From: an uncultured Actinomyces sp. | Lineage (GTDB): Bacteria > Actinomycetota > Actinomycetes > S36-B12 | Direction: 5' to 3' | DNA length: 44,722 bases | Assembly (NCBI GenBank): GCA_964351035.1 | Contig: CAYGMM010000002.1 | Location: 1 to 44,722 of the forward strand | Shown: in pieces, positions 40,000-44,722 of the stretch | Numbering within the stretch: position 1 is the first letter of the stretch | Layout of the letters: each line of letters opens with the position of its first letter | The notes under the pieces: model-generated | What the model was told of the DNA's origin: nothing | Database searches by the model: none | What the model saw: only the letters and a program-made list of their open reading frames with translations | Position numbers and translations under genes: made by a program

Positions 40000-40710
40000 T
40001 CAATCTCCTAGCCCTCCCTCTATCAGGAGTGCGTTCTCTGCCTGCAGTGTTGCGTCCACGTCGTCAGCCGCTCCCTCGATGATGACGACCGATCCGCCCG
40101 TCGCCAGCGCCATCGGCAGCGCGAGCCAGGTCGCCTCGGGATCACCGCACAGCACCGCGAACCGCGCACCGGGCGCGACACCGCGTGCGCCAGCAACGTC
40201 CGCCGCCCGCGCCATGATCTCACCGGCCGTCTGCCCGGGGACGATCATCCAGTCGTCCTGAGGAACCTCGTATGGCGTGAACTCGTCGGGGTGGATTCGG
40301 GCGGCGACGGCGGCCTCGGTGACGCCGGGCGGGACCGGTTCGCCGTCGGGGAGTCCAAAGGGAGCGAGTGAAACGAGCACGACCTCGTCGGCGCCGTTGC
40401 ACTCGCCGAGGTGGTCCCGAGAGGTGACCGTCACCGGCTCGGTGGCGTCGGGCACACACACCGCCCCAACGAGGGCGCAGGCCATCCACCAGACGGGACG
40501 CTGCCAGTGACAGGGCAGGCGCAGGCCGACCAGATCCCCCGGATCGACACCGAGGTCATCGCGCAGCAGTCCCGCCGCTTTGGCGGCTGCGTTCGCAAAG
40601 CTGGCCCCGGACAATTCCATGCGCTCACCTCGGGTTGGCGCGACGTAGGTCAGCAGCGGCTGTGCGGCGTTCGTGCGCACCCGGTCGACCAAGGCGGCGT
40701 ACGGCGTCAT
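40000..40710 (-). CDS. TIGR03089-like actinobacterial conserved protein (truncated adenylate-forming-enzyme-like)
   Basis: The ATG at 40710 gives MTPYAALVDRV...LTYV...GERMELSGASFANAAAKAAGLL. The upstream 270 codons of the ORF are antisense to the CPBP gene. The family assignment is from memory of its architecture. Confidence 0.75.
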   Translation of the reverse strand: MTPYAALVDRVRTNAAQPLLTYVAPTRGERMELSGASFANAAAKAAGLLRDDLGVDPGDLVGLRLPCHWQRPVWWMACALVGAVCVPDATEPVTVTSRDHLGECNGADEVVLVSLAPFGLPDGEPVPPGVTEAAVAARIHPDEFTPYEVPQDDWMIVPGQTAGEIMARAADVAGARGVAPGARFAVLCGDPEATWLALPMALATGGSVVIIEGAADDVDATLQAENALLIEGGLGD

Positions 40711-40740
40711 GGATGGCACGGTAGCCCGTAGGCTCGGGTC

Positions 40741-41487
40741 GTGTTGTCGATCACCGCACCCGAGCAGGTCTCCGGGCTCGCCTGGTGGCCCATTGCACTG
40801 GTGATCGTCGCGCTCATCGCCTTCAACATCGTGAACAACCGGGTGGCTCCACAGGACCACTATCTGCTCTGGGCCTTCGGCGGTTCCTTTGGTCTGCTGG
40901 CCATCGGCGTCCTCGACGGCAACAGCTGGACCGACATGGGCCTGGGCTGGGGCTACATCATCCCCGGACTCATCTGGGGTGTCGGCAGCGTCGCGGTAGT
41001 GACGATCGGGTATCTCCTCGCGGCCACGTTCCGCAAGGGCCGTGACGCCATGCACGACGAGCGGGTGGCCTCCCTGAGCGGGCCGCGGCTGATGTTCCAG
41101 GCATTGGTGGAGGTGCCCTTCGGCACCGTTCTGTTTGAGGAGATCGCCTTCCGTGCGGTGCTCTTCTCCATGCTGGCGCGCCGATTCGGTGTTGTGCCGG
41201 CCATCATCATTTCGTCCGTCCTTTTCGGACTGTGGCACATCCTGCCGTCCATCGGCACGCATGAGCAGAGCGCAGCACTGGGTTCGGTCGTGGGCGAGGG
41301 CAGGCGCGGCAACATCCTCGCGGTGGCGCTGTCGGTGCTGACGACATCCATCGCCGGGGTTGTCTTCGCGGGTCTGCGCCTGGTGTCCGGTAGCGTGCTG
41401 GCGCCGATGGGATTGCACTGGGCCACGAACGGCATGGGCTACTTCTTCTCGTGGACCATTATCCGGTTCCGTCGTCGACGCCGGTAG
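40741..41487 (+). CDS. CPBP (CAAX) family intramembrane glutamic endopeptidase
   Basis: EEIAFRAVLF, FGLWH and a distal LHWATN motif, with multiple TM helices. Confidence 0.85.
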   Translation: MLSITAPEQVSGLAWWPIALVIVALIAFNIVNNRVAPQDHYLLWAFGGSFGLLAIGVLDGNSWTDMGLGWGYIIPGLIWGVGSVAVVTIGYLLAATFRKGRDAMHDERVASLSGPRLMFQALVEVPFGTVLFEEIAFRAVLFSMLARRFGVVPAIIISSVLFGLWHILPSIGTHEQSAALGSVVGEGRRGNILAVALSVLTTSIAGVVFAGLRLVSGSVLAPMGLHWATNGMGYFFSWTIIRFRRRRR

Positions 41488-41508
41488 ACAAGCAGCGAGG
41501 GAGCAAGG

Positions 41509-42441
41509 GTGGCAGCTCAGGAACCGCACGCGACGGCCGCGGCGGAGAAGACCGCGAAGAAGGTCACAAAGAAACTCGGCTTCTGGGCGCGCTTCATTGA
41601 GTCGCCGCTGGTGCCAAGTGAGATGACGCCGGCTCAGCGGTGGTACGACTCCTTCTCGTCACTGCCGATGTTCTTCGTGGCCATGGTGTGGCTGGTATCG
41701 AGCTTCTTCACGTGGGCTCCTGCGCTACAGCCCATCTACGGCTGGGAGGGTGTCAAACTCAGTCTTCTCTCCTACGTCATCTTCGCGATCGACTTCGTCA
41801 TTCGCTTCGTGCTTGACCCGCAGAAGCGGAACTTCCTCAAGCGCAACTGGCCGTTCCTCATCGCGCTGCTCTTCCCGCCTCTGCGTATCCTGCTCGTGAT
41901 TGCCGCAGTGCTGCGTGTCGCGCGGGACCGCAACAGCCTGACGAAGATTGTCGGCCTCTACGCCGTCTATGCCGTTCTCTTCGTGGTGATCTTTGGTGCG
42001 CTCTTCACCCTCATCTTCGAGATCAACGCGCCCGGCGCCAACATCACGTCGTTCGGCGATGCGGTCTGGTGGGGTTTTGTCACGGTCACCACGGTCGGCT
42101 ATGGGGACTTCACGCCGGTCACCATTCCCGGTCGGGTCATCGCGGTGGGCATCATGTTCACCGGTGCGGCCGCGGTCGGCGCCGTGACGGCGGCGGTGGC
42201 CTCTCGGTTCATCAACAGCGGCTCCCGGTCGTCCAAGGACGATGGGGATGACGAATCAACATCACAGCAATCCCACGCATCACAAGATCCCCAATCAACA
42301 CATGAATCACAGCAGACTCATCAAGAAGGCGCCGTGCCTTCGGAGCATGAACTGCTCACACGCATTGCCGCATTGCAGAGCAGCGTCGAGGAACTCGGTC
42401 GGCAGTTAGCCGGTCGCGACGCGCAGGCCCCGGGTAAATGA
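41509..42441 (+). CDS. Potassium channel protein (6-TM-like, TVGYGD selectivity filter) with Q/S/H-rich cytoplasmic tail
   Basis: TTVGYGDFTP pore loop and an S4-like segment PPLRILLVIAAVLRVARDR. The C-terminal part is low-complexity followed by a helical end. Confidence 0.9.
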   Translation: MAAQEPHATAAAEKTAKKVTKKLGFWARFIESPLVPSEMTPAQRWYDSFSSLPMFFVAMVWLVSSFFTWAPALQPIYGWEGVKLSLLSYVIFAIDFVIRFVLDPQKRNFLKRNWPFLIALLFPPLRILLVIAAVLRVARDRNSLTKIVGLYAVYAVLFVVIFGALFTLIFEINAPGANITSFGDAVWWGFVTVTTVGYGDFTPVTIPGRVIAVGIMFTGAAAVGAVTAAVASRFINSGSRSSKDDGDDESTSQQSHASQDPQSTHESQQTHQEGAVPSEHELLTRIAALQSSVEELGRQLAGRDAQAPGK

Positions 42442-42806
42442 CACTGCCTGATTGGTCTCCTACGATGACGACACCATCCGCAACCGCTGAAGGAGCCATC
42501 TCCATGGATTCGCATGCCGCCCATCTCGATCCGAGTGATGCGGCTGCTGCGCTCACCGAGCGCGATCGACGCATCCTGGAGTTCGAGCGTCAGTGGTGGA
42601 AGTACGCCGGCGCCAAGGAGCAGGCGATCCGCGATCTGTTCGACATGAGCTCGACGCGGTACTACCAGATCCTCAACTCCCTGATCGATACGCCGGAGGC
42701 CCTCGCGGCCGACCCCATGCTGGTCAAGCGGCTTCGTCGAATGCGGGCTGCCCGGCAGCGTGTGCGGTCGGCCCGTCGACTCGGCATCGATCTCGAATCC
42801 CGCTAG
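42438..42806 (+). CDS. DUF3263 domain protein
   Basis: LTERDRRILEFERQWWKYAGAKEQAIRDLF.MS.TRYYQ.LN.LID. ATGA overlap with the channel gene stop. Confidence 0.8.
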   Translation: MTLPDWSPTMTTPSATAEGAISMDSHAAHLDPSDAAAALTERDRRILEFERQWWKYAGAKEQAIRDLFDMSSTRYYQILNSLIDTPEALAADPMLVKRLRRMRAARQRVRSARRLGIDLESR

Positions 42807-42810
42807 GCCC

Positions 42811-43329
42811 ATGGTCTGGCGCGTCCCTGCGGTCACGCCGACCGAACCCGCGGGACTGCTGGACGAACGACAAGCCCTTCAAGCGCAACTTCGCTGTCAG
42901 CGTGAATCCCTGCAGGAGAACTGCGCCGATCTGGATCACGAGCAACTGTCCATTCGGCCGGTGGCCACCTCACTGATCTCCCTGCTCGGCATCGTCCGGC
43001 ACATCACCGACGTCGAGCGCTGGTGGTTCCGCATGAACGCGGCGGGGGAGCAGTTGGATTTCCGCTATGACCCGAACCTCGACGACAGCGACTTCCGTGA
43101 CCTGGACTCGGTGACGGCCGAGCAGGTCTTCGCGACCTACTGGGCCGAGTGCGCGGCGGCGGATGCCGCAGTGGCCGAACTGTCCCTCGATGACACCTTC
43201 ATCAACGACAAGCGGCAGGCACGGCTGGATCTGCGCTGGGTCTACCTACACATGATCGAGGAGTACGCGCGGCACAACGGCCAGGCCGACATCCTGCGCG
43301 AACTCATCGACGGCCGCACGCATCGTTAG
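42811..43329 (+). CDS. DinB/DUF664 family protein
   Basis: Four-helix DinB pattern: VRHITDVERWWF and YLHMIEEYARHNGQADILRELIDG. The ATG at 42811 was chosen. Confidence 0.8.
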   Translation: MVWRVPAVTPTEPAGLLDERQALQAQLRCQRESLQENCADLDHEQLSIRPVATSLISLLGIVRHITDVERWWFRMNAAGEQLDFRYDPNLDDSDFRDLDSVTAEQVFATYWAECAAADAAVAELSLDDTFINDKRQARLDLRWVYLHMIEEYARHNGQADILRELIDGRTHR

Positions 43330-44288
43330 GACCGGGTGCTGGACCGTTCGGCGTATGCCGGCACCGATGCCAGCGGCGGTCGCTCAAGCGCCTCGACGTC
43401 GTGCTCGACGGGCACCAGGGCTGACCCCTGCCGGATGAACTGCACGATGCTGCCGTCCTGATCGCCCCGCTCCGCCCGCAGTGGGGTGTCGAGCCGGGCC
43501 AGGGCGGTCTGCCAGATCTCGGCGGCCATGCGTCCGAGGTAGTCCTCGCCGTGGTGCCGATGCCGGCGTTCGCCGAGATCCACCTGGGCGATGGCGTTCA
43601 CGCCGCGCAGGCGCAGCGTGTCCAGGAGCAGTCCGATCTCTACGCCGTAGCCACAGGGGATCGGGAGGGATTCGAAGAGGCAGCGCCGCACGGCGTACTC
43701 GCCCGCGAGCGGTTGCACGACCCCGGCGAGTTCGGGCCAGTGCAGGTTGATCAGCGGCCGCGCGACGAGTTCGGTGACACGACCCCCGGCCTGCGGCACA
43801 CCGGCCAGATCACGGGCGTAGGCCGCTTTGACGAGGTCAACCTCCGGGTTGGCGAAGAGTGGGCCGAGCAGCGCCGCGATGTGCGCTGGCTCGAAGGACT
43901 CCAGATCGGCGTCGAGGAAGACGATCACGTCGGCATCCGTGGCCGCCACGCCGCGCCACATGGCCTCCCCCTTGCCGGGCACGCTGGGCAGGTGGGGCCA
44001 GATCTCGCTCGTGGCGAGGACCCTGGCGCCGGCCGACCGTGCGATGCGGGCGGTGCCGTCTGTGCTGTCGGAGTCGACCACGAGGAGGTCGTCGACGAGC
44101 GGGTGTGCCCCCGTCATCACCTGGTCGCGGATCTGGCGCACCAGGCGACCCACGGTCGCCTCCTCGTCCCGGGCCGGGATGACCACCGCGACGCGCGCCG
44201 GTCCCTTGGTGGCCGCGACCGAGGCGGCAGGCCATTCGCGGGCCGCGCTCGTACGCTGGGCGAGCCAGGAGCGGGCGACGGGGTGCAC
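43326..44288 (-). CDS. gpgS: Glucosyl-3-phosphoglycerate synthase (GT81)
   Basis: The blocks VVIPARDEEATV, DSDSTDGT, GKGEAMW, FLDADL, GGRVTELVARPL, QPLAGEYA and GYGVEIGLL match my recollection of M. tuberculosis GpgS. The ORF runs to 44345 but would then overlap CIRCE, so the GTG at 44288 is preferred. The start is uncertain. Confidence 0.85.
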   Translation of the reverse strand: MHPVARSWLAQRTSAAREWPAASVAATKGPARVAVVIPARDEEATVGRLVRQIRDQVMTGAHPLVDDLLVVDSDSTDGTARIARSAGARVLATSEIWPHLPSVPGKGEAMWRGVAATDADVIVFLDADLESFEPAHIAALLGPLFANPEVDLVKAAYARDLAGVPQAGGRVTELVARPLINLHWPELAGVVQPLAGEYAVRRCLFESLPIPCGYGVEIGLLLDTLRLRGVNAIAQVDLGERRHRHHGEDYLGRMAAEIWQTALARLDTPLRAERGDQDGSIVQFIRQGSALVPVEHDVEALERPPLASVPAYAERSSTRS

Positions 44289-44338
44289 GCAGACAGTGTG
44301 CCGTCCTTGCCGATCTGCCGGGGAACGAGTCCGATCGG

Positions 44339-44365
44339 TTTGCACTCTCAGGGGGAGAGTGCTAA
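44339..44365. promoter_or_regulatory. CIRCE operator (HrcA site) copy 1: TTTGCACTC-N9-GAGTGCTAA
   Basis: One mismatch to the consensus TTAGCACTC-N9-GAGTGCTAA. It lies upstream of groEL. Confidence 0.8.

Positions 44366-44722
<357 letters not shown>

Noticed and set aside
39814-40011. 65-aa acidic plus-strand ORF (…EPMEPIDSTEPTEPMDNTE…) opposite the Ser-repeat ORF.
   Set aside because: GC3 is similar on both strands, so composition cannot decide. The plus frame lacks a convincing RBS and would overlap the TIGR03089 stop. Its periodic residues are far less conserved than the 21/21 serines of the minus frame, which are encoded by two codon families. This is not fully excluded.
40711-41529. N-terminal 270-codon extension of the 509-aa minus ORF.
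   Set aside because: It is antisense to the CPBP protease gene (EEIAFR / WH motifs on the plus strand). The conserved TIGR03089-like sequence begins at the Met at 40710.

Overview
This is a visibly high-GC (about 70% by eye, not computed), densely packed chromosomal segment of an Actinomycetota genome. It is mostly conserved housekeeping genes. Two blocks are syntenic with mycobacterial loci as I recall them: sucCD / PerM-like / purNH / folD (Rv0951-0957-like), and accA3 / maf / accE / accD5 / birA / PH-domain / GtrA / purK / purE (Rv3275c-3285-like).

Gene content, left to right:
- **1-9.8 kb:** guaA, a PIG-L deacetylase, a secreted LAS-type peptidase-like protein, pcrA, an M23 peptidase, an orphan B12-binding domain protein and a lipase-like hydrolase.
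- **9.8-18.3 kb:** sucCD, two membrane proteins, purN, purH, a DUF606 transporter, folD and a DUF3017 protein.
- **18.3-29.1 kb:** a TPM-like membrane protein, the acyl-CoA carboxylase cluster with birA, a class III cyclase, purK, purE and a CoA-binding protein.
- **29.6-41.5 kb:** a cell-envelope neighbourhood. It holds UDP-glucose dehydrogenase, a GT2 glycosyltransferase, a membrane-anchored methyltransferase, an LCP ligase, a 1048-aa amidase+SpoIID protein, a TIGR03089-like protein and a CPBP protease. An acyl-CoA dehydrogenase/thioesterase pair interrupts it.
- **41.5-44.7 kb:** a K+ channel, DUF3263 and DinB proteins, glucosyl-3-phosphoglycerate synthase, and a CIRCE-controlled groEL 5' end.

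I found no rRNA, tRNA, CRISPR array, intact mobile element, prophage, recognisable defence island or biosynthetic cluster.

The observations most worth a second look:
1. An unannotated-looking 81-aa ORF with serine at every third residue for 21 consecutive triplets (SIGS nonapeptide repeats). It lies 13 nt downstream of the TIGR03089-like gene and near a CPBP protease.
2. A base-perfect 176-bp direct repeat that duplicates the 3' end of the CoA-binding-protein gene around a 188-bp insert. This could be an att-like scar, a tandem duplication or an assembly artefact.
3. A dispersed GGGAGAAAYGGTCGATAA-type intergenic repeat/hairpin family in three gene-terminal spacers.
4. Exact 9-bp-phased GTCACA direct repeats (MtrA-box-like) upstream of the M23 peptidase.
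5. Two 14-bp palindromes spaced 21 bp apart upstream of the acyl-CoA dehydrogenase.

All functional calls rest on motif and architecture recognition by eye. No database search was run.
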